NCBI GenBank assembly: GCA_035758565.1
Contig: DASTXL010000002.1
Location: forward strand, 83,118 to 147,117
Origin: Candidatus Saccharimonadales bacterium
Lineage (GTDB): Bacteria; Patescibacteriota; Saccharimonadia; Saccharimonadales; UBA10212
DNA length: 64,000 nt
Direction: 5' to 3'
The position numbers and the translations under genes are program-made. The first letter of the stretch is position 1. Each line of letters begins with the position of its first letter. A model generated the notes under the pieces. That model was not told the origin of the DNA. It was given only the letters and a program-made list of their open reading frames with translations, and did no database searches. Positions 24,358 to 34,965 of this stretch are shown one piece after another.

Positions 24358-24990
24358 TTATTCTTCTGGCGAACCGTCAAATCTTACGATATAAGTTAAC
24401 CATTTTGTACCGTGACTCATAGGAATGTAGTCTTCGTGGAGGGTAGTCATGCCGTGGCGAGTCAGAACCTCTCTGAACTCTCCCCGTTGCCAAAAAGCAA
24501 AAAAGTATGGCGTGTTCTTTAGATAATCTTTGGTTTGAAGCTCCTCGCCTTCACCTTCTTTCATGGCAATAAAGCCGATGGCTTTAGCTTTCATATTTTT
24601 GGTAATCGAGCTTAGAGCTTCGTCTATACGGCTTTTTGGCACATGTATTAATACCGCCGCCGCCCAAAAACCATCAAAAGGTTTATCAAAGTCTAGATCA
24701 TATAGACTTACCTGCTTAAAATCTGCGCCAGGATTATTTTTTCTGGCCTGCTCCAATTGCGGACCCGAGATATCGGTACCCACGTAGTCGTAGCCTTGGC
24801 CAATTAATTCCCGGGCATCGCGGCCAGACCCGCAGCCGATTTCTAAAAGACGTCCTGATGGCAATAGCCGGAAAAATTCATCAAAATTATCCTGCCAAAA
24901 CTTAACAGTTTTGTGAGTGTCTGCCCAATCAGCGGCAACAGAATCGTAACTTTGTTTTGTAATTTCTTCCTGAGGCGTAAGTTTAGTCAT
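24358..24990 (-). CDS. Class I SAM-dependent methyltransferase
   Basis: Motif I LLEIGCGSGRD, then the post-I acidic residue and motif II-like FDGFWAAAVLIHV. Confidence 0.8.
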   Translation of the reverse strand: MTKLTPQEEITKQSYDSVAADWADTHKTVKFWQDNFDEFFRLLPSGRLLEIGCGSGRDARELIGQGYDYVGTDISGPQLEQARKNNPGADFKQVSLYDLDFDKPFDGFWAAAVLIHVPKSRIDEALSSITKNMKAKAIGFIAMKEGEGEELQTKDYLKNTPYFFAFWQRGEFREVLTRHGMTTLHEDYIPMSHGTKWLTYIVRFDGSPEE

Positions 24991-25414
24991 GAGTTATTCT
25001 CGATAAATATTCTTTAATGCCTTTGAGCCAGCCGCCGGTGAAATAATCTTCCGGCTGGAAAGTCTTTACATCTACCCATTCGTATTTATCGTGATGATCG
25101 CCGAGTTTTATATCGCCACTTATGTATTTGCCTTCGTAGCCAATGGCAAAAATTCGGACCATTTCGCCCAATTTCATTTCTTTGCGCTCATGTCGGAAGA
25201 AGACTTTTGGCTCGCCGAGTTTGTATTTAACTTCGGGTCCGAGTTCTTCTTTGATTTTGCGCTCAATCACAGATTCTAGTGAAGCGTCGAACTCGTTTTC
25301 TCGAATCCGTCCGCCCGGAATATCCCAATCGCCAAACACATCATGCGTAATTAGCAGCTTACCGCCATCTCTTAGCAACAATTTGACTGCCACAAAATAC
25401 AAATCCCGCTCCAT
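24983..25414 (-). CDS. NUDIX hydrolase
   Basis: Nudix box GGRIRENEFDASLESVIERKIKEELG. Confidence 0.85.
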   Translation of the reverse strand: MERDLYFVAVKLLLRDGGKLLITHDVFGDWDIPGGRIRENEFDASLESVIERKIKEELGPEVKYKLGEPKVFFRHERKEMKLGEMVRIFAIGYEGKYISGDIKLGDHHDKYEWVDVKTFQPEDYFTGGWLKGIKEYLSRITHD

Positions 25415-25418
25415 TAAG

Positions 25419-25955
25419 TTAACTCCAGTCTCTACCAGCTTTGGCGGCTTTTAAAACATTTTGAATAAAATCTTTTTTTGCCGGTGAGTAAGATTTTCGG
25501 TCGTTAGGATATTTAGCGGCCAGCTTTATCTTTAACTTTTCATAATCCTTGGCGGCGGCTGGGTTTTTTAATAAATATTCTTTGAATAGGGTTGTCACGT
25601 CGATGTATTCTTCCCCTTTTTGGCCAACATGCAAATGGACTGTTCGGTTATCTTCGGGTCCTTTGGCGAACATTAAATGATCTGACATATCATCCCTTAG
25701 GTGATAATCCGCAGCCTCCAAAACTGGCACCCAGCTGCGGGCTTCATCTAAATCTTTCACAACCATCAAGATATCTAACAGAGGCTTAGCCATAATGTCA
25801 GGGATGCTGGTGCTACCCACGTGCATGATTTCTTCAATGTTAGAAGAATTTTTTAAAAGTTTCTGAAGTTCATCCTTTTCTTTGTCAAACGCGAGCGCCC
25901 AATTTGGATCATGCGGTTCGAGTCGGACTTTTTCCCGATGAACACCTAAGCTCAT
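25419..25955 (-). CDS. GrpB-family (UPF0157) nucleotidyltransferase-fold protein
   Basis: HVGSTSIPDIMAKPLLDILMVV and HLHV motifs typical of GrpB. Confidence 0.75.
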   Translation of the reverse strand: MSLGVHREKVRLEPHDPNWALAFDKEKDELQKLLKNSSNIEEIMHVGSTSIPDIMAKPLLDILMVVKDLDEARSWVPVLEAADYHLRDDMSDHLMFAKGPEDNRTVHLHVGQKGEEYIDVTTLFKEYLLKNPAAAKDYEKLKIKLAAKYPNDRKSYSPAKKDFIQNVLKAAKAGRDWS

Positions 25956-28621
25956 AGCTCGCCCCAGTTTTTGCCAATGGAAACATCGGTTTTAAGGTGC
26001 ACCGGCAGGTCAGTGTAGACGTTTTCCATGGTTTCTTTGGCCATTTTGCCAACCTCTTCAGCATCTTCCTTAGCGCACTCCAGGAGTATGGAGTCATGAA
26101 TTTGTAGCAAGATTTTTGGCTCGGCTTTCAGCTTTGAGCTTTCAGCTTTCAGCTTGTTGAGGTTCTTATAAACCTCAATCATGGCCATTTTGGTAATGTC
26201 GGCAGCGCTACCCTGCAAAGGCATGTTAATCGCCGCGCGGTAAGCGGCTTCGCGCACTACAAAATTGCTCGATTTTACATCTGGCGTGGGGCGGCGTCGG
26301 CCCAGCAATGTTTCTACGTAACCCTGCTCTTCTGCCTGTTTACGAGTTTTTTCAATGTATTCTTTGAGCTTCGGTCGGATTTCAAAATACTTTTTAATAA
26401 AGTCGCGTGCTTCACCAAAGCTCATGCCGGTTTGTTCGGATAATGCATGTGGGCCTAGACCGTACAAAATGCCAAAATTTACGGCTTTAACGCTGGAGCG
26501 TTGGGCCTTGGTAACTTTATCCGCCGGAATTCCGTAAAGTTCGCTGGCTGTTTCGGCATGAATGTCGCGGTCTTTGTTAAAGGCGTCGATCATGTTTTGA
26601 TCGTTGGCCAGCGAGGCCGCTAAACGCAGTTCCTGCTGGCTGTAGTCGGCGCTGACCAGCAAATTGCCCTCATTGGCCACGAACGCCGTGCGAATATTTT
26701 TGCCTAAGTCCGTTTTGACCGGAATGTTTTGCAAGTTCGGATCGGCGCTAGACAGCCTGCCAGTCGGCGCAATTGTCAGGTTAAAAGTTGTGTGTAAGCG
26801 ACTGCGCTCGTCGACTTGCTTCGGCAAAGTATCAACATACGTATTCTTTAATTTGGTGACCTCACGGTACTGGCCAATTAAATCAATGATCGGGTGCATT
26901 CCCCGCAGTTTGGCTAGCTCGCTAGCAGCAGTCGAGAATCCTGTCTTACCCTTTTTAATTCCCTGCTTCGGCAAGTTTAATTTTTCGAATAAGATGTCGG
27001 CCAGCTGACTCGGACTGCTGATATTAAACTCCTGATCGGCGTAGCCATAAATCTGCTGTTCCAGGTCACTAATGCTGCCTTCGAGACGAGCGGAGAACTT
27101 TTTAAGATATTTGGTATTCAGTTTGATGCCGGTCAGTTCCATGTCGGCCAGCACCGGCGTTAGTGGCCATTCGATATTTTGGGCTAAATCATAGAGTTTA
27201 GGCACTTGCTCGAGCGCTTCAACTTGGCCATGGTAAAGCGCGCGCATTACAGCAATAAACTCGTTGGCCCGTTCGATAAGCTCTTCTGTCGGCACGTCGT
27301 CAAAACTCGGCAAATTGTAAGCCATTTCGGCGGTAGCGAGATCATTCAAACTTTGTGAGCGAACTAGCGGGTTAATTAGAAAGGCTCCGACCAAAATATC
27401 ATGGCAAACTGGTGGAAATTCAACGCCGAGATGAGCGAGCAATTTTAGTGTGCTTTTAGTGTCGTAGCCAACGATGCCTTTGTCAGCCTTGCCGAACAAA
27501 TCTTTCAACACGGAGGCAACCTTAGCTTTGTCTAGCCTCGGTAAATCAAGCGTATAGGCGGAATTATTATCGCCGACAATTAGCACCCTAGGCTGGCTGC
27601 CATGCGGCCCGGCGGCCCGAGAATAAACGAAGATCGGCTCTGAATTATTCAGCTTTAAACTAGCCAGTTTTTCGTCCTTATTGATAATTAGATTCTTGGG
27701 CAAATCCAGCTTGGCACCAGTATTATCGGCCTTTTTTGTATCCTGCATATTGTCTGGCAAATTACGCAGCAAGCTCCGAAACTCCAGGTCTTCCAGCAGG
27801 TTGCGCAGTTTGGCGGTGTCGATTTTCGTACCGTCCATCTCGCTAAGATTCAACTTCATCGGCGCGTCGCACCAAATGGCTGCCACTGTCTTGCTCATAT
27901 AGGCCGAATCCTTGCCGGCTTCAAGTTTCTTGCGCAATGACTCCTTAATATCCGGCAGATGTTTGTAGACGCCGTCGAGAGTCTTGTATTCCTGCAGCAG
28001 TTGGATGGCCGTTTTTTCGCCAACGCCCGGCACGCCGGGGATATTATCGGAACTATCGCCTTTTAGCGCCTTTAAGTCCAGGAATTGTTCGGGCTTTAGC
28101 CCGTATTTAGCTTCGAAACTTTCGGGATGGAATTCTTCTATATTGGAAAAACCGCGCTTCAAGGCATAAACGTTCACGTGGCCGTTAATCAGTTGCAGCG
28201 CGTCGAGATCGGATGTTATAAGCATGGTTTCGATATTTTTGGTCTTGGCCTGGGCGGCCAGCGTGCCCATGATGTCGTCGGCCTCGTAATCATCGAGTTC
28301 GTAAAGCGGCCAGCCGAGCGCGGCCAGCACGTCGTGGAGGATTGGAATCTGCGTATAAAAGTCGGGCGGCGCCGGCTTGCGCCCGGCCTTGTAGTCCGGA
28401 TAGATTTCCAGGCGTTTTCGGATATTGGTTTTTGGTTTGTCCCAGGCAACACAGACATAATCCGGCCGGAGTTTCTTGATAAGCTCTAGCGCCATGGTCA
28501 CAAAACCGAATACACCGCCGGTCGGAATACCCTCTTTGGTAGATAAATTCGGCATGGCGTAATAACCACGGTAAAACACGCTTTTACCGTCAATAATTGC
28601 TAGCTTTTTTCTTTGCGCCAT
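25952..28621 (-). CDS. polA: DNA polymerase I
   Basis: 5'-nuclease N-terminus, polymerase motif A LVSADYSQQELRLAA, motif B RSSVKAVNFGILYG, motif C LLQIHDSILLE. Confidence 0.97.
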   Translation of the reverse strand: MAQRKKLAIIDGKSVFYRGYYAMPNLSTKEGIPTGGVFGFVTMALELIKKLRPDYVCVAWDKPKTNIRKRLEIYPDYKAGRKPAPPDFYTQIPILHDVLAALGWPLYELDDYEADDIMGTLAAQAKTKNIETMLITSDLDALQLINGHVNVYALKRGFSNIEEFHPESFEAKYGLKPEQFLDLKALKGDSSDNIPGVPGVGEKTAIQLLQEYKTLDGVYKHLPDIKESLRKKLEAGKDSAYMSKTVAAIWCDAPMKLNLSEMDGTKIDTAKLRNLLEDLEFRSLLRNLPDNMQDTKKADNTGAKLDLPKNLIINKDEKLASLKLNNSEPIFVYSRAAGPHGSQPRVLIVGDNNSAYTLDLPRLDKAKVASVLKDLFGKADKGIVGYDTKSTLKLLAHLGVEFPPVCHDILVGAFLINPLVRSQSLNDLATAEMAYNLPSFDDVPTEELIERANEFIAVMRALYHGQVEALEQVPKLYDLAQNIEWPLTPVLADMELTGIKLNTKYLKKFSARLEGSISDLEQQIYGYADQEFNISSPSQLADILFEKLNLPKQGIKKGKTGFSTAASELAKLRGMHPIIDLIGQYREVTKLKNTYVDTLPKQVDERSRLHTTFNLTIAPTGRLSSADPNLQNIPVKTDLGKNIRTAFVANEGNLLVSADYSQQELRLAASLANDQNMIDAFNKDRDIHAETASELYGIPADKVTKAQRSSVKAVNFGILYGLGPHALSEQTGMSFGEARDFIKKYFEIRPKLKEYIEKTRKQAEEQGYVETLLGRRRPTPDVKSSNFVVREAAYRAAINMPLQGSAADITKMAMIEVYKNLNKLKAESSKLKAEPKILLQIHDSILLECAKEDAEEVGKMAKETMENVYTDLPVHLKTDVSIGKNWGEL

Positions 28622-28763
28622 ATTACCTCGCCCTTGCCCCGCACTAAAACCTGAGCGGAGTAGTTTGTAATCAGATTATGAAGTCTCAAGTTTTTAGTGC
28701 CGGGGTCTCCGCCATTAGGCTAGATTATATACCTTCGGATATAAGCACGCGATTGCTTATGAT

Positions 28764-29321
28764 TTAAGTGCGCGTTAATAGAGCCAGATTATAGTTCGGG
28801 TCTAGTTCTCGGGCAATATCGGCGGCGGCTGTGTAAATTTGAGATCTTTGATACCGCTCTTCGTCTAATTCCTCCTTGGTCTTTTGAAGTTCTGCGGAAT
28901 CTTTTTTCATGCGAGCGGCTTCCAAAAGTCTAATTCTTTTATAGCCCGCCGGGAACCTTGCCTCTAAAGTTTCAAATATCTCCACATACTTACGCTCCGA
29001 CGCCAGGTGAGCGAACATTCGGCTAAACACATCCTCTGGAACTTCTCCACGGCGCAGAGTATCTATAGCCGCTAAGATCATTGGAAAATTATTGACGTCG
29101 TGAACCATAGTTTTTTGGCCACCACCAAGCGCAACTTCTATATCAGGAAAATCTTCGTTAACGTATAGAGGATTGGGAGTGATTTGAGCCAGTTCTTGTT
29201 CGAGTTTAGTTTGGTCCTCGAGCGTCCAGATATCTCTCTCGTTAGCAGTTTGCTGCTGCCTAAGCCGCTCGAGTTGACTTTGCACTTCGCCGTCAATTGG
29301 TGTGGGCAAATCTTCTGCCAT
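28764..29321 (-). CDS. Hypothetical protein (185 aa, helical, charged)
   Basis: Clean ORF with background composition. No motif recognised. Confidence 0.45.
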   Translation of the reverse strand: MAEDLPTPIDGEVQSQLERLRQQQTANERDIWTLEDQTKLEQELAQITPNPLYVNEDFPDIEVALGGGQKTMVHDVNNFPMILAAIDTLRRGEVPEDVFSRMFAHLASERKYVEIFETLEARFPAGYKRIRLLEAARMKKDSAELQKTKEELDEERYQRSQIYTAAADIARELDPNYNLALLTRT

Positions 29322-29328
29322 ATTTAAA

Positions 29329-29904
29329 TTATAAGTTCAGAGTTGATTTAATCTGTAATTTAAAACCCTCTAAATCATTGTCGTTGTTGGTTAAAAAAAT
29401 ATCAGACTTGGCTTTGACAGCCGACATACTCAAGGTAGCCGCATCGCCGCCTTCGTGCATTTCGTCCTCTTCTTCTTTCAGGAATTGATCAAACGTTTTT
29501 TGGTCTTCGGCGCTGCGCGACCTAGAAGAAACGCGCTGGTAACGCAGTTTAGGATCGGCATCAACCCAAACTACTTTGCCGCCCAATTGGTGGATTTCAT
29601 CGGCTTCGCCGGCGTTTCTAAGATTAGAGATAACCAAGCCAGCGTATTTGCCGTCTGTTGCTTTAAAAACTTCAACCGCTTTATCCATGAGGATTCCTAG
29701 GCCAAATTCCCGGCGCCACTCGGCGCTAATTTTCCTTAAATTCTGGCGCTCGATTGGCAAATTCCGACGCCTGGCTTCGTCACGCAGCAAATCCGACACA
29801 GAAACAAACAGCCAGTCATAATCTTCGGCGAGAATTTGACCCAGAGTATCTTTGCCAGAGCCGTTTGTACCAGAAATACCAATTAACTGGAGCGGCTTAC
29901 GCAT
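29329..29904 (-). CDS. P-loop nucleotide/nucleoside kinase-like protein
   Basis: Walker [13 protein letters not shown] and an overall small-kinase layout (dephospho-CoA/adenylate kinase-like). The substrate cannot be inferred. Confidence 0.55.
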   Translation of the reverse strand: MRKPLQLIGISGTNGSGKDTLGQILAEDYDWLFVSVSDLLRDEARRRNLPIERQNLRKISAEWRREFGLGILMDKAVEVFKATDGKYAGLVISNLRNAGEADEIHQLGGKVVWVDADPKLRYQRVSSRSRSAEDQKTFDQFLKEEEDEMHEGGDAATLSMSAVKAKSDIFLTNNDNDLEGFKLQIKSTLNL

Positions 29905-31054
29905 CCTTGAGCTCTTGTGCTTCTTGCATACCCTCTAGATGATTCAGGGCATCTCTTTCTATTTTTCGAATTCTTTCTCTGGCCATTCCCCAGCTTCTTC
30001 CGATTTCGTCCAAAGTTTGAGGCTCGCCCTCAAACCCGTAGCGGGCTGATATAACTTTTCTTTCCATATAGGGCAAGCTGTCTACGAGTTCGCGGATACG
30101 CTCACGGCGAATATCCTCGTGAACGGTTTCTTCGACAGGGGGTTCGGAATCGTTTTCTATCATGTCGCCAAGCTCAGCATCGTCTTCTTCGCCAACGGTC
30201 ATGTTCAAAGATACAGAAGCTCTTACCAGAGACTTAACTTCCTCGACATCCTGAACCGACAGAACGGCTTTGTCGGCAATTTCTTCGTTAGTCGGTTCGC
30301 GCCCTAGCTCCACAACCAAGTCGCGTTCGGCTTTCACAACTTTGTTGAGTTTTTCAACCATGTGCACCGGAATACGGATGGTGCGGGCCTTGTCGGCCAG
30401 GGCCCGGGCTACAGCTTGGCGAATCCACCAGGTAGCGTAAGTAGAGAATTTGAAACCTTTGCGCCAGTCGAACTTTTCAGTGGCTCGATTTAACCCGATG
30501 CATCCCTCTTGAATTAAATCCAAAAAGGGCAGGCCTTGGTTTCGATAACGCTTGGCAATAGAAACCACTAAGCGCAGGTTACTCTCTACCATTTTTTCCT
30601 TGGCCGCCGCATCGCCTCTCTCAATTCTTTTGGCCAGAGTCACCTCTTGATCCGCAGTCAGTAAAGGGTGTTTACCTACCTCTCTTAAGAAAAGCTGTAA
30701 ACTATCCAGCGAGCCGCTCCTAATCAGCTCATCAATTTCCTGCTCCTCACCCTCGTGGTCGCCGTTGATAGTCACCCCCGATTGTTCGATCATGTGAATC
30801 ACCCGGCTAACATCGTGATCCTCTAAACCTAAGCCGTCACAGGCACTGGTAATTGATTCTAGATCAATAAGGCCGTGGTTCTGGGCCGACTCGAGTAAAG
30901 AGCTTATCTCTGGCTGACTTAAAAGATCCGCATAATTGTCGATTCCTGATTCATAACCGCCACCTACCACTTCTAGGTGTGGCTGCGAATAGTAGGCGGC
31001 AGGTCCGTCTTCTTCCGGAGCAATACTAGTATTAAAACTTGGCCCGAATTCCAT
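29897..31054 (-). CDS. RpoD-type sigma-70 factor, second tandem copy
   Basis: Regions 1.2-4 are present: [46 protein letters not shown], and the C-terminal 4.2 [22 protein letters not shown]. Confidence 0.85.
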   Translation of the reverse strand: MEFGPSFNTSIAPEEDGPAAYYSQPHLEVVGGGYESGIDNYADLLSQPEISSLLESAQNHGLIDLESITSACDGLGLEDHDVSRVIHMIEQSGVTINGDHEGEEQEIDELIRSGSLDSLQLFLREVGKHPLLTADQEVTLAKRIERGDAAAKEKMVESNLRLVVSIAKRYRNQGLPFLDLIQEGCIGLNRATEKFDWRKGFKFSTYATWWIRQAVARALADKARTIRIPVHMVEKLNKVVKAERDLVVELGREPTNEEIADKAVLSVQDVEEVKSLVRASVSLNMTVGEEDDAELGDMIENDSEPPVEETVHEDIRRERIRELVDSLPYMERKVISARYGFEGEPQTLDEIGRSWGMARERIRKIERDALNHLEGMQEAQELKDA

Positions 31055-31097
31055 TTAGGCTCACTATACTACAGCTTTTGCAGCTAACCATGAGCAT

Positions 31098-32237
31098 TTA
31101 CTGCAGGTATTCGTGCAGACGGCGGGTTTCTTTGTTCTTGCGCAGTTTAGCCAGGGCTTTGGCTTCGATCTGACGGATGCGCTCGCGGGTAACGCTGAAC
31201 TCCTGACCGACTTCTTCTAGAGTGTGGCTTTTGCCGTCCTCTAGGCCAAAACGTAGCTTTAAGATCTTTTGTTCGCGCTCGGTTAGTGTGCCTAAGATTT
31301 GACGAACTTGTTCTTTGAGCAGCTGTTCGCTGGCAGACTCGGTAGGACTTTTTTGGTCTTCGTCCTCGATAAAATCGCCCAAAACGCTATCTTCTTCGTC
31401 GTCGCGGACCGAAGCATCGAGCGAACTGATATCTTGTTTAATTTTCATGATGTGCTCGACCTTGTCGACATCCATCTCCATAGCAACGGCAATTTCTTCG
31501 TTGGTCGGTTCGCGGTTTAACTCCTGAGTCAGGCGGCGCTGGGTGCGCAGCAGCTTATTGATAGTTTCGACCATGTGCACCGGAATACGGATGGTGCGGG
31601 CCTGGTCGGCAATGGCCCGGGTGATAGCTTGGCGAATCCACCAAGTTGCATAAGTAGAAAATTTGAAACCGCGTTCTGGATCGAATTTTTCTACTGCGCG
31701 CAACAAACCAGTGTTGCCTTCTTGGATTAAATCAAGCAGGTCTAAGCCACGGCCTACATAACGCTTAGCAATAGAGACTACCAAACGCATGTTGGCTTCG
31801 GCCATTTGGTCTTTGGCCCGTTTGTCGCCGGACACGACCCTTTTAGCCAGCGCCAACTCTTCTTCGGCGGACAAAAGCGGGATTTTACCGATTTCGCGCA
31901 AGTAAAGACGCACGCTGTCATCGGCAATATCGTCTATATAAGAGTTGTCCTCTTTTAGAAGTTCTTCTTCGGCTTCCTCTTCTTCCCAATCGCTCAGTTC
32001 TACGGCGTCAGGTTCGGTAGCCGGCAGCAGTTCGATGTCGTTTTCGGTCATTTCGGCATATAGGCGTTCCAGCACATCGATATTTGCCGGAGCGTCTGGA
32101 ATCAATGCGAAAATATCGCGCTGATCGAGTTTACCGTCTTTCTTACCCTGCTCGAGCAACTGGGTAATTTCTTTATCATAAGTTTTGTTGGTCCGCTTGG
32201 GCGCGGCCTTCTTGTCTTCAGCTTTCTTTCTGGGCAT
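31098..32237 (-). CDS. rpoD: RNA polymerase primary-like sigma factor
   Basis: [69 protein letters not shown]. It lies directly downstream of dnaG, as in the classical dnaG-rpoD arrangement. Confidence 0.9.
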   Translation of the reverse strand: MPRKKAEDKKAAPKRTNKTYDKEITQLLEQGKKDGKLDQRDIFALIPDAPANIDVLERLYAEMTENDIELLPATEPDAVELSDWEEEEAEEELLKEDNSYIDDIADDSVRLYLREIGKIPLLSAEEELALAKRVVSGDKRAKDQMAEANMRLVVSIAKRYVGRGLDLLDLIQEGNTGLLRAVEKFDPERGFKFSTYATWWIRQAITRAIADQARTIRIPVHMVETINKLLRTQRRLTQELNREPTNEEIAVAMEMDVDKVEHIMKIKQDISSLDASVRDDEEDSVLGDFIEDEDQKSPTESASEQLLKEQVRQILGTLTEREQKILKLRFGLEDGKSHTLEEVGQEFSVTRERIRQIEAKALAKLRKNKETRRLHEYLQ

Positions 32238-32296
32238 ATCCCCTCCCTACCTAAAGCAACGCTTAAGCTGCTCTTTTCTTTGATTACAGCATAGCG

Positions 32297-34039
32297 TTAT
32301 TTAATTAAACTGTTAAGCTCATCTGCTTTTTTGACTAAAGCTTCAATTTCTGCCTCGTCGGCAGCTCGCATTTTTTCGGCTAATTTTTCTTTTTCTATTT
32401 TGACGTAACGGTCTATTAACCGGTGTTTGAGGCGCTCAGCCTGAGACGCTAAGTCCTCTGGCGGCACACTGCTATAAATTTCCTCAAACTGTAACATTAT
32501 AATTTTAACATAATCAGCCACTGGCTGCAATTGTGCGGCTATCTTGGTGTCTCCTTTAAAGTCAGGGTTGGACTTCAAAAAATCATAAGTTTCTTGCTGC
32601 GGACCCTCGGTAAATACATCTTTAGGCAAGTCGCTCAGCAAGCTCCGCAAATTCGGCACCGCCAACAGCATAGCCAATAAATGGTCCTGCAAGCGCTGGT
32701 GCTCAAAAGCCACAACGTCAATTTTGCCGGGTTGGTATTTGGATTTTTTAAATAGCTGCGGCTGTGTTGACTGGCCAATAAACTTAGCTTTTACGGCATC
32801 AAAGCTGGTGTCGGTGAGTTCGGCAATTTTCTTTAAGTAATGCTCCTTCTCAACGGGATCTTTGAGTCGGCGGATGGTGGCTATCAGCGTGTCGGTAAAC
32901 AGCCTCTTTCCGGCGGCAGTTTTTACATCTACCTCTGTTAAGTAGCGTTCAATGAGCCAATCTGGCGCATAAATACTTTGTTCAATAGCCCGCTCCCAGG
33001 CCTTGGGATTTTGCTGCACAAGTTCGTCGGGGTCTTTCGCTCCATCAATGCTTATGATGCGCAAATTGACTTCGGCTTTTTGAGCTAACGGGATAACCCG
33101 TTCGGTAGCGGCAATACCGGCGCGGTCGCTGTCAAAGCTCAGGCGAATATCGCCTGTGAAACGCTTAAGCGCCCGCAAGTGCTGCTCGGTCATAGCTGTA
33201 CCAGCGCTGGCTACTACGTTTTTAAAGCCAGCTTGCCAAGAGCTAATAACGTCCAGGTTGCCCTCGACAACTACAACAAAGCTTTGCTTTCGAATGGCTT
33301 CTTTGGCCAGGTGCAGCCCAAATATCTGGCGGCTCTTATCGTAAACGATCGTGGCCGGTGTGTTGATATATTTGGGTGAATTTGGCTCATCGGCAAGCTG
33401 TCGGGCGGTAAAGCCGACAATCTGCCCAGCTTGGTCGGCCAACGGCACCATTATCCTACCCCGGAACATGTCACGGGCGGCACCGGCCCTACGCATACTT
33501 ATTAGCCCAGCCCGCTGCATTTCATCGGTCGTAAAACCACTCTTAGTTAAAAAATTAACTAAGGCCACACCAGTGCTGGGCGCATAGCCCAGCCGCCAAG
33601 CAAGTATGGTGTCTCTGGAAAATTTGCGTTTATTAATCAAGTAATCAAGGGCTGGCTTATTAACCGTTAGCTGCTTTTGATAAAACTTAGCCGCTAGCTC
33701 CAGAACCTCGAGAGTCCGGCTCTTAAGCTTGCTATTACTAGAACTGCCGGCGGTCTTGTACTGGTCTAAATCAACGCCGGCTTTGCGAGCTAACATCTCG
33801 AGAGCGCCTTTAAAGTCTAGGCCTTCAACATCCATAACAAAGCTGAACATGTCGCCGCCTTTGCCGCTAGAAAAATCGTGCCAGATTTGCTTTTCGGGAC
33901 TAACAATAAAGCTCGGAGTTTTCTCGTTAGTGAACGGACTCAAACCTTTAAAGTTGCGGCCGGCTCTGCGAAGCTGGACGTATTCGCTAATTACGTCCTC
34001 AATACTTAATCGGGATTTCACCTCTGAAGCTGCATCCAT
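32297..34039 (-). CDS. dnaG: DNA primase with all four zinc-ligand positions substituted
   Basis: NEKTPSF primase motif and TOPRIM VVVVEGNLDV. The zinc-ribbon region reads GLSPFTNEKTPSFIVSPEKQIWHDFSSGKGGD, with S, T, D and S at the Cys/His/Cys/Cys positions. Confidence 0.95.
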   Translation of the reverse strand: MDAASEVKSRLSIEDVISEYVQLRRAGRNFKGLSPFTNEKTPSFIVSPEKQIWHDFSSGKGGDMFSFVMDVEGLDFKGALEMLARKAGVDLDQYKTAGSSSNSKLKSRTLEVLELAAKFYQKQLTVNKPALDYLINKRKFSRDTILAWRLGYAPSTGVALVNFLTKSGFTTDEMQRAGLISMRRAGAARDMFRGRIMVPLADQAGQIVGFTARQLADEPNSPKYINTPATIVYDKSRQIFGLHLAKEAIRKQSFVVVVEGNLDVISSWQAGFKNVVASAGTAMTEQHLRALKRFTGDIRLSFDSDRAGIAATERVIPLAQKAEVNLRIISIDGAKDPDELVQQNPKAWERAIEQSIYAPDWLIERYLTEVDVKTAAGKRLFTDTLIATIRRLKDPVEKEHYLKKIAELTDTSFDAVKAKFIGQSTQPQLFKKSKYQPGKIDVVAFEHQRLQDHLLAMLLAVPNLRSLLSDLPKDVFTEGPQQETYDFLKSNPDFKGDTKIAAQLQPVADYVKIIMLQFEEIYSSVPPEDLASQAERLKHRLIDRYVKIEKEKLAEKMRAADEAEIEALVKKADELNSLIK

Positions 34040-34109
34040 ACTCTAATAGTAACGTATTGTATGTTTGTTCACAGTCAAAGCGGCTTTGTCTGCTATATTT
34101 GACGATAAT

Positions 34110-34943
34110 ATGAGCGAATTTAGGGCAGTTATTCTTGATTTAGATGGCACTGTTGTAGAGCCCACACCTAGCGCACTTCCATCGGAGCGGGTGGTAAATG
34201 CTGTTAAGAACACCGTGGAGAGCCAAACCAGAGTCAGCGTCGCCACTGGCCGTCCATATTGGATGGCTAAAAATATCATTAATCGTCTGGGCGTGGTTGA
34301 TTTTTGCGCCATAAACGGCGGTGCCGAAGTTTACGACCCCGTCAAGGACGAGCGAGTATATTACACTAAAATCCCCAGACTTAGCCAGCGGGCCGTCGTG
34401 ACAATTTGCCACAATATGGGAATTGACGTTTATGATGCAGAGAGTCAGGTGGTTGGGACGCCAATAGAAAGACCGTCGGCTGTTGACGAGAACAACGTTA
34501 AGTTGTTTATTTCCGGCTTGGAAGAGATTCGCGCTGATGAGCTCTTAGAAGAATTGCGGCCGATTGATGATGTTTTCCCTGTGAAGTCTACCTCGTGGTC
34601 GCCGGGTGAAGTTGTCGATATTCATATTACTCACAACTTGGCTACCAAGGAACAAACCGCCAAAGCAATTTTAGAAGCTTATGGGATTGACCCCGACCAC
34701 AGCATAGGTATAGGCGACAGCTGTAACGATATGCCATTGTTTGCCGTAGTTGGCAGAAGCTTTGCAATGGGTAACTCGCATATTGACCTCAAAAATGTAG
34801 CCGACGATGTGACGGCCAGCCTCAAAGACGATGGCGTGGCTGTTGTTTTAGAAAAATTTTTTCCAACTCCAGCATCATCGTCAATAAAAACTCAGGCTTT
34901 TAGTATTCCTGCTTTTAGCCCCGGTCGCGTCCCAATAGCTTAG
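34110..34943 (+). CDS. HAD-superfamily hydrolase, Cof-like (IIB)
   Basis: Motif I VILDLDGTVV, motif IV GIGDSCNDMPLF. I use the ATG at 34110 (MSEFRAV). Confidence 0.8.
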   Translation: MSEFRAVILDLDGTVVEPTPSALPSERVVNAVKNTVESQTRVSVATGRPYWMAKNIINRLGVVDFCAINGGAEVYDPVKDERVYYTKIPRLSQRAVVTICHNMGIDVYDAESQVVGTPIERPSAVDENNVKLFISGLEEIRADELLEELRPIDDVFPVKSTSWSPGEVVDIHITHNLATKEQTAKAILEAYGIDPDHSIGIGDSCNDMPLFAVVGRSFAMGNSHIDLKNVADDVTASLKDDGVAVVLEKFFPTPASSSIKTQAFSIPAFSPGRVPIA

Positions 34944-34965
34944 TCGGTAGTTCCCTGTTAGAATA

